A DNA stretch of 58,654 nt. Origin: Octopus bimaculoides (lineage: Eukaryota). Below, piece after piece: positions 1 through 13,203 of this stretch. The notes below the pieces were generated by a model. That model saw only the letters and a list, made by a program, of their open reading frames with translations. It was not told where the DNA came from and did not search any database. A program made the translations under genes and the position numbers. The DNA lies in the NCBI RefSeq assembly GCF_001194135.2, contig NC_068985.1:121192071-121250724 (forward strand), written 5' to 3'. Numbering within the stretch: position 1 is the stretch's first letter; each line of letters opens with the position of its first letter.

Positions 1-383
1 TATATATATATAAATATATATATCGGTAAGTAGTTAAGACAAGAGAAAGTGTAACAGCCATGACTGTTTCACGGAATCTCTGAATAGACAGGACAGAGCC
101 GGGGGTATCCTGTTATCCGTAAACCGAAAATTTGATTTGCATGTTTGCAATTGAGGGAAGTCCACTAAAGGCGCTCAGGGGCCAGGTTTGGAGAGAAACC
201 GGGCGGTGAATTAAGTCTACCACCCAAGTAGGGTACTGTGGCATTTGAAATCAGAACGCAAAGAGTGGGAAGAAATATAGCAATGATGCTGTCAAAAAAT
301 GACATAGCGCTTAAGGCGCCACAAACCGAAATGTAAACCAGAATGTCGCATTTGCAGAGAGAGCTTCTTTAACTTTCGATCAT

Positions 384-385
<2 letters not shown>

Positions 386-478
<93 letters not shown>

Positions 479-493
479 TACAGACAGACAGAC

Positions 494-540
<47 letters not shown>

Positions 541-557
541 GAGATAGATAGATAGAT

Positions 558-635
<78 letters not shown>

Positions 636-995
636 TGCATACGTGTGTATGTGTGTGTGTGTATTTGTACGTGATCGTATGTGGATTATGTGTGAATGTA
701 TGAATAAATATATCGTTATAAAAATTATGCATAATCACACTCACACACACATAAACGAACATACATACATATGCATGCATACATACATACATACATACAT
801 ACATCATTCGTACATACTTTACGTGAATGGATATATGAATGTTAGGATTCATAAATCCATACATACACGCACACGCACATAAACGTACATACACACTTTT
901 ATGCATACATACATACATCCTTACATACATCATTCGTACGTACCTTACATGAATGGATATATGAATGTTTGGATTCATAAATCCGTGCATTTATA
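386..995 (+). repeat. Compound (GATA)n/(GACA)n and (CATA)n microsatellites plus a direct duplication of about 70 bp (about 795-862 and 924-991)
   Basis: Visible tetranucleotide runs. catcattcgtac...gaatggatatatgaatgtt.ggattcataaatcc occurs twice. Confidence 0.9.
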
Positions 996-1889
996 CATGC
1001 ATCTACACAGAAGCTTTACACCACCACTTTTACAAAAATCATCCATTTACCATCATTGGTGACAATTCGTTTATCCAAAGTGCTGAAAGAAATTGATGTG
1101 CTTCGCATGATTCGACAAATCTCATTGGAAATATTCTTATGCAACTTCAATTCCTTGGGAATTTTACAACAAATTTCATACAAAAATCTTATTGTTAATA
1201 CCATTATTATTTTTTTCTTCTTGTTGTGTTGTTGTTATTATCTTATTTCGTTTTATTTTGTATTTTGTACTTTATTTTCTCCTGCGATATCATTGCTGCT
1301 TCAAGAGTTTGTACGTAATAGAATCTGATTATACCATATACTGAGAATTATGAGAATCACTTTCAATATGCTTGATCTAACGTTCTCTAAAAATCCATTA
1401 CTTATTGAACTGTCTTGGAAAATGTCATAAAAAAAAATACGTATATATGTTTGCGTGTGTGAGAGAGAGAGAGAAAGAGGGGTGGTGGCAGGAGAGATAT
1501 GTATGTGTACGTTTTTTTATATACGTGAAGGGATTGAACGCATGTATTTGTTTATGCATGTGTATGAGCGCGTGTGCCTGTCAACATTTGTGCAGCTATT
1601 CATATAACTATGAATATAACCTATAAAGGTATTGAGTACTTTTTATCTCTTTTGACGTTTGTATACACAAATGCATATACGCATACGTATATATATGTAT
1701 ATATATATAATCTGTGTGTATGTGTGTGTGAGTGTATACACAATGAAAGCAATGAATGAAAGAGGAGGAGAGAGATTCGTTAGGACAAATGCATAAAGCA
1801 TGTGACTTGCTGAATATGCTTATTGAAAATATTTCTAGAAAATTAGTCTTCTAAAGAGATACATACATCATATGACGTGAGAGGGAGAG

Positions 1890-1985
<96 letters not shown>

Positions 1986-2110
1986 CGTGTGTGTGTTCGC
2001 GCGTGCATTTTTGTATCCATCTATATTCAGTACAGTGACTTTGGTTACATCAATATTCAGTCGTAGCACGCGTTTATGTGTATAAATGCTTCTTTTTTTT
2101 TTTAATTTCA

Positions 2111-2342
2111 AGGCGGTGAGCTGGCAGAATCGTTAGTGCGCCGGACGAAATGCTTAGAAGTATATCGCCCGTCGGTACATCCTGAATTCAAATTCTGCCG
2201 AGGTCGACTTTGCTTTTCGTCCTTTCGGGGTTGATAAATTAAGTAGCAATGAAACACTGGGGTCGATGTAATCGAATAGTCCCCCCTAAATTTCAGGCCT
2301 TATGCCTTTAGTAGAAAGGTTATTATTATTATTATTATTATT
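2111..2342 (+). mobile_element. SINE family C (about 210 bp, tRNA-like head, (TTA)n tail)
   Basis: Starts aggcggtgagctggcagaatcgttag, has a B-box-like gaattcaaattc and core ctttcggggttgataaattaagta, and ends gtagaaagg(tta)n. The core resembles, from memory, the Deu/Nin SINE domain (unverified). Confidence 0.85.
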
Positions 2343-2537
2343 TAAAAAAGGGGAACTAAAGGAGAAAGACATTAAAGCGCCTCCCCCTATTGGGAGTTTT
2401 AATTTGTTAAATTTTAATTGTTATTTATCTTGTTTACACGCGGAAAACTCATTGTATCGTCCCGTTTTTGTCTTTTATGCTGTTGCATGACCTTTAATGT
2501 TATTGTATGTGAGCTCTTGTGGCTAATAAAAGAATAA

Positions 2538-2590
<53 letters not shown>

Positions 2591-2592
2591 CG

Positions 2593-2638
<46 letters not shown>

Positions 2639-2655
2639 CATCATCATCATCATCA

Positions 2656-2730
<75 letters not shown>
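2538..2730 (+). repeat. (TTA)n microsatellite with (TCA) interruptions
   Basis: Direct reading. Confidence 0.95.
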
Positions 2731-2731
<1 letters not shown>

Positions 2732-2732
2732 G

Positions 2733-2940
2733 AGGGGCGGCGTGCTTGCAGAATCGATACCGCGCTGGACAAAATGCTTAGTGGTATATCTTCCGGCTCT
2801 TTACGCTCTTAATTCTAATGCCTCCGAGGTTAACTTTGTCTATCTTCCATTCGGGGTCGATAAAATGAAGTACCAGTTAAACACTGGTGTTGATGTAATC
2901 AACTTGCTGTCCCCACAAAATTGCTAGCCTTGTGCCATAT
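2733..2940 (+). mobile_element. SINE family C copy directly after a long (TTA)n run
   Basis: Same head, core (ttcggggtcgataaaatgaagtaccag) and 3' end (gccttgtgcc) as 2111-2342. Confidence 0.8.
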
Positions 2941-3204
2941 ATCAATGATGACGGCTGATAATTAAACCAGATCATGCAATTTTAAAAATAAAAACGATAT
3001 AATTTAAGTAGAATGCATATAGTATGTATTTATGTTTTGTTCAAGCTAGTTTTCATAAACATGAAATATGTATATGAAGGTCAAATGTGTTAGTTACACC
3101 CAATCTTATCTCTTGATGCAAAATTACTGCACGTTGCATTATTTCACAATGGATTTGCATGTTGAATGCGTGTTAAGCTTGCCTATGAAAGTTCAGTAAA
3201 ATTA

Positions 3205-4509
3205 TTTACTTGAAGTGAAACGCTGTTCTGCGTGTTTTGGGGCAAACTTCTGTGACAAAGGAATAAAATTTTCCTACTTCTCTATTATTTACTTCGTATT
3301 GGTTTTCTTCAATTGAAAGTATTCCGAGGTTCGATAGCCTTTCGTGACTTCAGGTACTACACAGATAAGTTTTCATTCTTTTTAAGTACAAGAAAAGACG
3401 CCTCAATAAACGAGGATGAAATTAGTAAAGTTAAGATCAAATTGATTAATTTAAGTTTTTGTGGAAGACCTTCATGTATTTCGGTTTCTAGCAGATATTT
3501 AAGAAGCTCAAATATTAGTTTTGGCGAAAAAATTCCAAAAATGCAAAGCAGTTAATTTCGACCTGAAAACTGGCAAAATCAAAAAAATAAACAGTGACTA
3601 TTATTCAAAAATTGGGAGGCACTCTCTAAGTCTGGTACTTCGATAGACTTCAGATATTTTAATGATTTAAATCACTTTCATTTGGACAATAACCCTTTGT
3701 ATTATGGGTACAAGGCCTGAAAGTTTGTGGGAGGGGGCTAAGTGGATGACATCAACCCCAGTGATCGACTGGTACTCATATTATCGACCCCGAAAGGATG
3801 AAAAGCAAAGTCGAACTCGGTGGAAATTGAACACAGTACACGAAGACGGTCGAAATGCCGCTAAGCATTGCGTCCGGTCTGCTAATGATTCTTCCTGCTC
3901 GCCGCCTTCATTTGGACAATATTTCAGAGGAAAGTTTTTTTCTTGATGTGAAAGATTCGTTCTTTTTTGAAAGATTACACTTTTTTTCCACTAGTCCAAA
4001 TGTCATCATCTTTAGATTCCCTAATTTCTTGAACTTTGCAAGGGGTTCTTTCAACATAAAAACGATATCCATAGGTTTTGCTTGCAATACCTTAAAAAGA
4101 TGTTCTGTAGATGGGAAAATGCAAGAAATTTCTTCTAATGAAAAAAAATTAAATTGTTTTAAAACCTGCTGAAAATTCTTTTATACCAATTTTCGTTTTA
4201 TCATCAGAACATTTTGGATTTTTTAGAATAGCATCAAATAGAGTGTTTTATGTCTTCTAATTTCTCTGTAACAGTTGCAACCAATCGAGATGAATAGTTC
4301 CATTGTGTTGGAGCAAGATTTGGGAAGCGTTTCTCCACAAAATCATCAAGCAAAGAAGTTTACTTTGTGGTGCTGCTAAAAATGATTCTATATTACTTAA
4401 TATAGGAAACAAAAATTATTGTACTCGGGAATGTGAGAAGCATCTTGGCTTCAAATGCGATTAAGCTTACAAGCGTAGCAGAGCCTCTTGTACTCTCCCT
4501 CTCTCTTTA

Positions 4510-4601
<92 letters not shown>

Positions 4602-4990
4602 TTGGCAGATCACTATTAAGACCACTAGCCATGACAGCCGTCCTCGTATGAACAACCATTTTTTTTTAAACAACCAAATTCATCTAATTTCTTTCTAGCT
4701 AAATCCGAAATAGTATTTCACTAACATCAGTAAAACCAAGAAATCTTTAACAAATTTGTCCATTTCTGTCAACGTAGCACATTACAGATGAAAATTGACT
4801 TACATTAGAAGTTTCATCCATTTAAATACCGACATACATACGTTCTGTAATCTCCTTTTTAATTTGGTCCGAAAGAACAAGTACTAATTGAATAGACAAG
4901 ATTGTACTGAACAACTGATGACAATCCCTTAAAAATAGTTGCAATTTTTAAATGGTTTTGCAATTTTTTATCGAAATCAGCGATTCAGAG
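3205..4990 (-). mobile_element. Decayed hAT-superfamily transposase (resembles ZMYM1-like hAT proteins), with frameshifts, stops, a SINE insertion and a (CT)n insertion
   Basis: Minus-strand fragments occur in correct hAT order: LQNHLKIATIFKGLS, MDETSNVSQFSSV (4807-4821, first catalytic D), AVMASGLN, CYACKLN (CxxH-like), RFPNLAPTQWNYSSRLV, LFKVLQAKPMDI, LINLILTLLISSSFIEASFLVLKK (degenerate S-ERSFS dimerisation motif). TIRs not found. Confidence 0.8.
3692..3906 (-). mobile_element. SINE family C copy inserted in the hAT fossil
   Basis: Matches the other family C copies and is flanked by a perfect 15-bp direct repeat ttcatttggacaata (3677-3691 and 3907-3921). Confidence 0.9.
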
Positions 4991-5352
4991 CGTTAATTAG
5001 CGAAAATGTGGTACATGCTACCAGATCACATTTGCATGCGTGTAACATCTATGGTTTATGTATGCTCGTGGTGTGCGTAGGTGTCTATATAAATATATTG
5101 TATTTAAATGTAATGTATATGCGTATATATGTATACATGTGCGTAATGTATGCGTATGTATATCTGTATGCATGCATGTACGTATGCATATATGCATCTA
5201 TGTAATATCAACTAGTACAAGCAACCATATTTTACCGATAGACGTCAGTTTATCTTAATCATATCCATTTATTCGCTGACATTTTCGAAGTGGGTGATAG
5301 CATTCGAGGCTTAGTGGTGTCATCGACACAGTACTATCAGCATTATTTTATG

Positions 5353-5450
<98 letters not shown>

Positions 5451-5863
5451 TGTATGTATGTATGCATGTATGTATACACACACATATATGTATGTATAAG
5501 TCTATAATCATATATAAATATATACAAATATAATGAATGATACCGGAAAGTAACAACATGCTAGAAACAGAAGTCAAAACGATTCTAAACCAGTTAAATC
5601 ACTCATATGCACGTGAATTTTATTCACAAATGGTACGCTAATCTTCTATTTTTGCTCGCTTCCTCACTTTCACCTTTGCATATGAGTGATTTAAGTGGTT
5701 TAGAGTCGTTTTTGAATTCTATTTCTAGCATGTTGGTACTTTTCCCGATATCATTGCAGTGGTATATATTTATATATGATTATAGAGTTATATTAATTTT
5801 TACCTCTACGGTTTTAAAGCATACTATTCACTGATATCGTTATTTTATAATAATAATTTTATC

Positions 5864-5907
<44 letters not shown>

Positions 5908-5946
5908 ATGTGTCTGTCTGTCTGTCAATATATGCATACTGGTAGA

Positions 5947-6250
5947 TCCATTAGAACAAAAAATGGACGGATTTTCGCAAATGCCGATATGAACTGCAAA
6001 AGCAGAAATTCGATCTACTGCATTAAATGTCCAAATTGCGAGGAACTATATATTAGAGAGACAGGGAATACATTATCGGAACGCTCACTAGTCAACAAAT
6101 CCGGAACACTAATGTTCGCCAAATTCCCTTGAGCGAACATAAATGTTTCTAATTTTTCCTTTGTACAAACTACATGATATAAATCAGGTTGGATGGGAGA
6201 TAAAAGAAAAGCGGTTTATTAAAATGTTCAAACCTGCTCTGAACGGAAAT
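5947..6250 (+). mobile_element. Penelope-like element (Neptune-type) GIY-YIG endonuclease remnant
   Basis: MNCKSRNSIYCIKCPNCEELYIRETGNTLSER, then after frameshifts QQIRNTNVRQIPLSEH and FPLYKLHDINQVGWEIKEKRFIKMFKPALN. Confidence 0.8.
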
Positions 6251-6819
6251 ATCAACAATAATATAACAACCAGTTAATGATGTGGATTAAAAATATCTGT
6301 AACATATGAATATAAACAAATTACTGAAGAGTCCCACCAATTGAAATAAAAACGACCGAAACCAACTAAATTTGCTCAGTTATAAAACCCATTACATGTA
6401 AACTGCAAGCTAATTGGTTAAAATGATGGCGGGATCTATGCCAGTAACATCGGTACGCCCGACAAACCGTGACTTTTAAGCTGCATGCGGATTGGTCAAA
6501 ATTCAGCATGTTGGAGCCTTCTAAGAGGTACAAAAAGGAAGAAATCAGTCATTTTACTACAGTTGTCAAGGACTCAACTGGCAGTTAAGTACATTTTAAA
6601 ATCTAATGACTACTACGAACGTATAAATGCGCTAATTGAACTTCATAAACATTACAAAATATTTTTTTAATGTTTCACACACTTCAACATTGTAAAACAT
6701 TTTTTTAAATGCCATAATAAAAAACGTGAAAACCAGACCATGTTTTAACTTTATTCAACTGGTATATTATTCCATACACATTTACACAAATTCGGAATAT
6801 ATATATATATATACATTCT

Positions 6820-6916
<97 letters not shown>

Positions 6917-8517
6917 ATGCATGTTAGTATGTATATATATGTGTAAAACGTGCGCATGTGGTGACAGCTCTTTTCTACTCATCTCAATGGGTGACTACAA
7001 ACAGACTTCAAGTCTTCTTGAAATATCCGACGCCAAATGACCCGATAGTCTTCCCCGTCTTTTCCTTTATCGTACTGGTAGTATCTTTGCATACCGTTGA
7101 TCTGCTGCTAGACAAGACGTATCGTTGTCATGACCTGGAGTTTCCCGGCGATATTCTTCATAAAACTTCGTGTCTAATGATGATTGTGACAGGATAAGCT
7201 TTTAATTAATCTGAATGTCGCATTTCTCGTTAGATTCTAATTTAAATCTAAATGATTGAATCTCCACTTGTGAGAATATTTTGTCTGTAAACTCCATACT
7301 TTTTTCCTTTTACTCAAAAGAACAAAATATTATCATTTGAATTCAAACAACCAAAAACATGCTATGGAGCTTTGATCAGTATTACGGGTATTATGGACAG
7401 GATATGAATAGCAAGAGATGAAACGTTCTCGTATTAGCTATTTGTTATCGCGTACATTGAAAAGGCCCTGGGAAAGTATGAAGGCCACCAAACTTCTATT
7501 CTGACTTTCTGTCCATTGTGCAAAGCACTTATATGTTGCTTTTTATTTATTCTTGTTCTATATTGTTTTTGCGTTTCTTTTCCATATAGCACTAATGGTG
7601 TGAACTGTAATATCTTTCAGAAAAGCATTAAATAATAATATCCTCTCATTTTCCACTTTAACGCTATAGATCTGATGGTTTTCGTACCTACGTAAAATGG
7701 AAAATGTTAATAGTTCTGTTTCAACGGCAATAAATATGACCAAATAGCTAGAGCATCGAACTAAACGCCTTATAGTTCTTACCTTCATATTTTTTGTATT
7801 CAGAGTTCAAACGGCAAATGTAGGATATATTAACTTTATATCTTTTTAAACAAATATATCAATAAAACGAACTGCTCGGTTATTTGGTGAGTTTCGAGGG
7901 AACCCAATGAAGACTCAATCTGCATATCATGTAAACTGTGACAAGTTAGAATAAATAAGTCTATTTTGCTCTAGTTTAAGCTTGGATTACAATGCTATAA
8001 TCTGGCAAAAACTCTCATCACCTAATGTTATAGTGCTTCTGCTACGTACAGAAGTTAGTTATTCTTACTCTGTAGTATCCCTTTACAGCTGGTTGAGCTG
8101 AGCAAATTGAAACTTAGGTATCTTGACTACGAACAAAATACACAATCGTATCCCCAAAACGATAGAACACAGATTGTCAACTTCTAGCTTTATTTTCTAT
8201 GAATTTAGTGATACACAGTTTTGATTATACACAAAACAAATTATGGAAATTTTCTGTTGTTATACGGCCACTCAACCGGCAAGAAATAGCGACTTAATCT
8301 CACTCAAATTTTCCCATATCATTTAAACAAAATATACATTAAGTAATGTGCTCCTAGGTAATCACCTACAAATATAGAATGGTCATGGGCGAAATATTTT
8401 CACTATGGGTCGGTTTATTTGAGGCTGAACTTGGGCTGTAAAATCGCAACAATAATTTTTTAATCGATTATTGAATCTATATATACATACAAACATACGT
8501 ACATATANNNNNNNNNN

Positions 8518-8549
<32 letters not shown>

Positions 8550-8720
8550 CATAAAAGCATGAAATCAGGAGGTTAATATGTATTTATTTAACCACGTGAC
8601 TTCTATACGGTTACGGTCGTTTCGAAACTTTCTTCAAGTAGTATTAATTTCTCTATGCAAGAAATTATGCGTACATATTCGCTTTAATATGTATGATCAA
8701 CGTTATACAATACAATTGTA

Positions 8721-8937
8721 CAGGGTGTCCGTAAATTACCTTTACAATTTGAAAAATTCAGAGAGAAATAAAGATAACTCAGCAAGTTGTGTACAACTCG
8801 TAGAGCTCACGTGGAGATGTTCTGATGTTTGTAATAAAACTTCAGTTGTTTCCCTGTTTTCCAATAAAATCTGTTGAATCATCCTAAAAACTTTTTATGA
8901 ATTTTTCAAATCGTAAAGGTAACATATGAACACACTG
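8721..8937. mobile_element. Tc1/mariner-type MITE (217 bp)
   Basis: Imperfect TIRs of about 40 bp (cagggtgtccgtaaattacctttacaatttgaaaaattca / tgaatttttcaaatcgtaaaggtaacatatgaacacactg), with TA on both sides (8719-8720, 8938-8939). Confidence 0.85.
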
Positions 8938-9458
8938 TATATTCACAAATTAATACAAATAAAGCGTGTTCATATGTTACCTTTACGATGTTCCGGTAAT
9001 CTGATCTAGCTTTCTTTATTTGTATTAATTTGTGAATATACAGTGTTATATNNNNNNNNNNNNNNNNNNNNNNNNNNNNNNNNNNNNNNNNNNNNNNNNN
9101 NNNNNNNNNNNNNNNNNNNNNATATATATAATGAAAGAAGGAAAATACGCACACTTTAGATAGTTTTAATATTTTTTAAATATATTTATATTGTGTTTGA
9201 CGACCGGTTTTGCTTTCGCTAATCAATACATTGAAATTATTGTAATTTCGTATCTTCTTAAGAAGGTTTTAGTCTATGGTGTGTGTGGAGAAGTTTATGA
9301 ATGAATGATTCAACAAGTAGAAAGATCTCAGGATCGGTAATTGATGATCATTATTATTGGGGACAAGGGAGGTAATTATTCATCTTTCTAAAGTAATGAT
9401 ATGAAATATGTATGGGTATGTGATCATGAATTAAAATATATACTGAGATCATAGTTAG

Positions 9459-10510
9459 TTATGCGTTCATATTTAGACGTGTTCTATATTTTTCGATGAA
9501 CAGGTTGTCATTATTTAAACGTTCTTGTATAGAAATTGTTTCTTTGCACTGATAGAAGGGGAAAGCTGTGAAGTTCAGTTGGATATTGACTGCATATCTC
9601 TTTATGTATTCACTCAAAGGAATCTGTCTGTATTGCGGGAACTGGATCTGTTCCTTATGTAGTGTAGTTCTCTGTCTCAGTGTCGTACTTGTCCGTCCTA
9701 TACAGTTATGTCCACAACCTTAGCAAGTTATCACATAAATTAGATTCTCGAAAGCACTAGAGAAGGTTGGTTTTGTGAACCTCTTAGGCGTCCACATTTT
9801 TTAACCGTTGGTGTTGTGGTTGAGTAATGTTTTGCATTTTTTAGCGATTTGTGTTGCTTTTTTGTAAGTGAGGGTGGATATTGTCTTTCAGTTAGTGTTG
9901 CTCTGAGGTCTTGGAGACGAAGGTCCCGAGTAGTTTTATCAGACACTATTGTGCAAGTGCTTTTTGCTAAATTAAAGGGGATAATTCTTTTGATGTGTTT
10001 CGAGTGGCATGAGCTAAACAGGAGATATTGCTTCGAGTCCGTTGGTTTCTGATAAATGTCAGTTATAATTTGGTTGTTGACTTTTTTATCATAATATACA
10101 AGAAAGGGAGCTGTTCTGTGCTATATTCCATTGTGAATTGAATGTTAGGATTTATATTATTTAGTATTGATTTTAATTCCTAGTTTTTTCTTGTATAATG
10201 GTGAAATGGATATCCATATTTTTGCAGTGACACTTTATATATGGTGAATTCAAAATAACCCATTCTTAAGTTCGCAAGAACAGGGGCTGCTTTCGTTCCC
10301 ATCGCAATTACGCATTTTTTACGATAGTAGGTGTCATCAAATAGGAAATAATTGTTCTGGAGTATAAATTTTAAAGATTCAACAATAAAGACCTGGTTTA
10401 TGCATTCCGGAAGTACTTCGGGGTACTTTTCCAACCAGAATTTTATTGCTTCTCTTCCATAGTTACGTGGAATGTTGGTGTAAAGATTAATAACCTCGAA
10501 GGAAACCACT
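9459..10510 (-). mobile_element. Penelope-like element (Neptune-type) RT, thumb and GIY-YIG remnant with internal deletions
   Basis: RT motifs VSFEVINLYTNIP and ILQNNYFLFDDTYY...AMGTKAAPVLANL (10180-10509). Thumb IYQKPTDSKQYLLFSSCHSKH...IPFNLA. Endonuclease IYVITC*GCGHNCIGRTSTTLRQRTTLHKEQIQFPQYRQIPLSE, ending at TAA 9459-9461. Confidence 0.9.
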
Positions 10511-10652
10511 AATGCCTCATATGTATATATACATATTCTTTTATTCTTTTACTTGTTTCAATATATTATGTGTATGTATGTATGAATATTTTTGTGTATA
10601 TGTATATAACCACTCACCTGTTTTACACATGAATTTCTTACTTCCATTTCAG

Positions 10653-10898
10653 ATGACAAAGGAAGTTCAAGTGCAAGCGAAGACTTCATAGACCTTGATG
10701 CCCCGCCCAGTCATGTACTACACGAAGTTGGTGAAGGGACGAAAGAGTCAGAAATTGGTGACTCTCATGACTCCGTACCGATCTCTCGACCCAAAACAAA
10801 TGTCGAACTTGATTCCGACGAAGCTGAAGACGTCATCCATTCAGGCTCCGGCGACGATTTGGAACCAGGACTCAACAATGAAAACAAAAATGATAAAC
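10653..10898 (+). CDS. Internal coding exon A (246 nt, phase 1-1): acidic Ser-Gly segment of a probable proteoglycan ectodomain
   Basis: Acceptor tttcttacttccatttcAG (AG 10651-10652) and donor GTAAGT (10899). Only one frame is open throughout: xDKGSSSASEDFIDLDAPPSHVLHEVGEGTKESEIGDSHDSVPISRPKTNVELDSDEAEDVIHSGSGDDLEPGLNNENKNDK. GC-richer and non-repetitive relative to flanks. SGSG flanked by D/E fits a glycosaminoglycan attachment context. Confidence 0.85.
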
Positions 10899-10975
10899 GT
10901 AAGTAATTTTAATTCTATATACTTATATACGTGCGTGCGTGCATGTGTGTATGTATGTGTATATTAGTGGTGTGC

Positions 10976-11037
<62 letters not shown>

Positions 11038-11098
11038 CAAAAAGAAAAAACTGCTTTGAGAAGTTTTATCATGGGCAAAAGAAAGAAAATATTTACAT

Positions 11099-11186
11099 TT
11101 TTATCAAAATATTCTACCAGTTTCAATCGTTTTATCAAAATATACTACCGGTTTCAATCGTTTTATCAAAATATATTACCGGTTTT
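11099..11186 (+). repeat. 31-bp tandem repeat, about 2.8 units
   Basis: ttttatcaaaatatactaccggtttcaatcg-like units start at 11099, 11130 and 11161. Confidence 0.9.
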
Positions 11187-11360
11187 ATAAGACTATTTAG
11201 TCAAGCTACAAGAGAAGGGAATATAAATTAAAATAAATAGAAATAAATTAATCTTTCATGATTAGTTGAGGAAGTTCACATATTTTTCTTACGAAGTTTA
11301 CATGCTGTTGGTAGTTGGTTTCCCTCTCATGGCTCCTGGGTCGTCGTAGTCGTCCTCGAT

Positions 11361-11431
<71 letters not shown>

Positions 11432-12449
11432 TTAAACATTTAAACATTTGCTGTTGTCCTTTACTCCTTACTTGGAATGCTGTCATTAAGAATTGACTAT
11501 TAGTAGCGATTTTGTGTGTATGTGTGTGTATTATACTATATATTACAGTAGTGTATTTGTAACTGCGTCTAGCTACACAGTGATACAACAAACAAGGTAT
11601 TAAAAAAGAACTTAATATATGGCTGTAGGTCCAAATTTCTATATCATCTGCAACTTAAACATTCTTCAAACAGGGATCGCTGATGGAAAAATTTGCACCT
11701 CATATTAGGGTTCAATAACGTACAGCGTTTTGCTTACTCCCACTTTGTCTTACGTCTGTGATATTCCCATATATTTAAAAGAATAATGAAAAATAATTCA
11801 ATTTAGGTCGGTTCTCGTGATGTATATTAATTCAAGCCACTTTATATCAAGTTACTCTGAGTTTCACATCCAGAATCGATCCTCAGACAATGATGGTGAG
11901 AGCTTCGCTCGGTCGGATGATAGGGTGGTAATATATTCCTATGAAATTCAAAACAAGACTGTTAACACTGTATAATAAAGCTTTTAATATAGTTCTGGGT
12001 CTGTAATGTTTTTGTTTTGTTTTGTTTTGTTTTTTTGCCTTTTATAAGAGCAACTCAAACTAAGAACAGCAATTCAGGCTAACAATTCATAACCAGACTG
12101 AAAGTAACAATCCAAAGAATTTAATCCGATTATCAAATTTTAATTTTGATTTTATATTGTTCTGGTAATCGTTCGTTTTATTGTTTTCGCTTTCTTGTTT
12201 CTTTCTTTCCGTATTATTTTGTCCATTAATTATTAAAATACACGTTAAAAAATAATAGATTAGAATTACTTACTGGTTTGATTAAATCACTATCAAATAA
12301 TTCCTTGGAAACTAAATAACGTGGTGAAGTAAATGTTGTTGGAAAAGACAATGGGTATGTTTATCAAAGACTGAAATGTCCGACATATTCTTTGATATTA
12401 ATATAAAGAGAACTAATATGAAAATCAAAGGGAAAGGCCCTGAAAGTGT

Positions 12450-12516
<67 letters not shown>

Positions 12517-12574
12517 CAGTAGTAGCAGTAGTAGTAGTAGTAGTAGTAGTAGCAGTAGTAGTAGTGGTAGTAGC

Positions 12575-12627
<53 letters not shown>

Positions 12628-12919
12628 GTAGAAGAAGAATAATTAGGATGGGATAAGAGAGTGGAGGGGGAAACAGTGTAAAGAAATTCTTTCAAACGTG
12701 TATCAAGGAATAATTATTTTGTTGTTATCTCTGAGAAAAATGTAATTCACGTGTTTGTTACGATAAATAAAAAAAAAACAATATGAAGTAGTAACAGTAA
12801 TTTTGGGGTGACGGGCGAGGAGGGATTCGATTCTTTTCTTTTTCACTTAAAAAAGTAATACCAGTAGTTATAATATTAATAATAATGATAAGTTCTCTCT
12901 CAACAACAACAACAGCAAC

Positions 12920-12968
<49 letters not shown>

Positions 12969-13123
12969 GCTCATAACTACAAAAACAATAATAATGATGA
13001 TGATGATAGTAGTAGTGAGGAGGAGGAGGAGGAGGGGATGATTTCAACATTATAATAGTAATGTAATTTTGTTGTTACCATTATAATAATCATCATCATC
13101 ATCATCAACATCATCATAATCAT

Positions 13124-13157
<34 letters not shown>

Positions 13158-13161
13158 GTCG

Positions 13162-13202
<41 letters not shown>
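11361..13202 (+). repeat. Cluster of trinucleotide microsatellites: (TAG)n at 11361-11430 and 12450-12626, compound CAA/AAT/GAT/GGA/CAT at 12899-13202
   Basis: Direct reading. Explains the poly-Y, poly-S, poly-L, poly-M and poly-D ORFs in the track. Confidence 0.95.
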
Positions 13203-13203
<1 letters not shown>

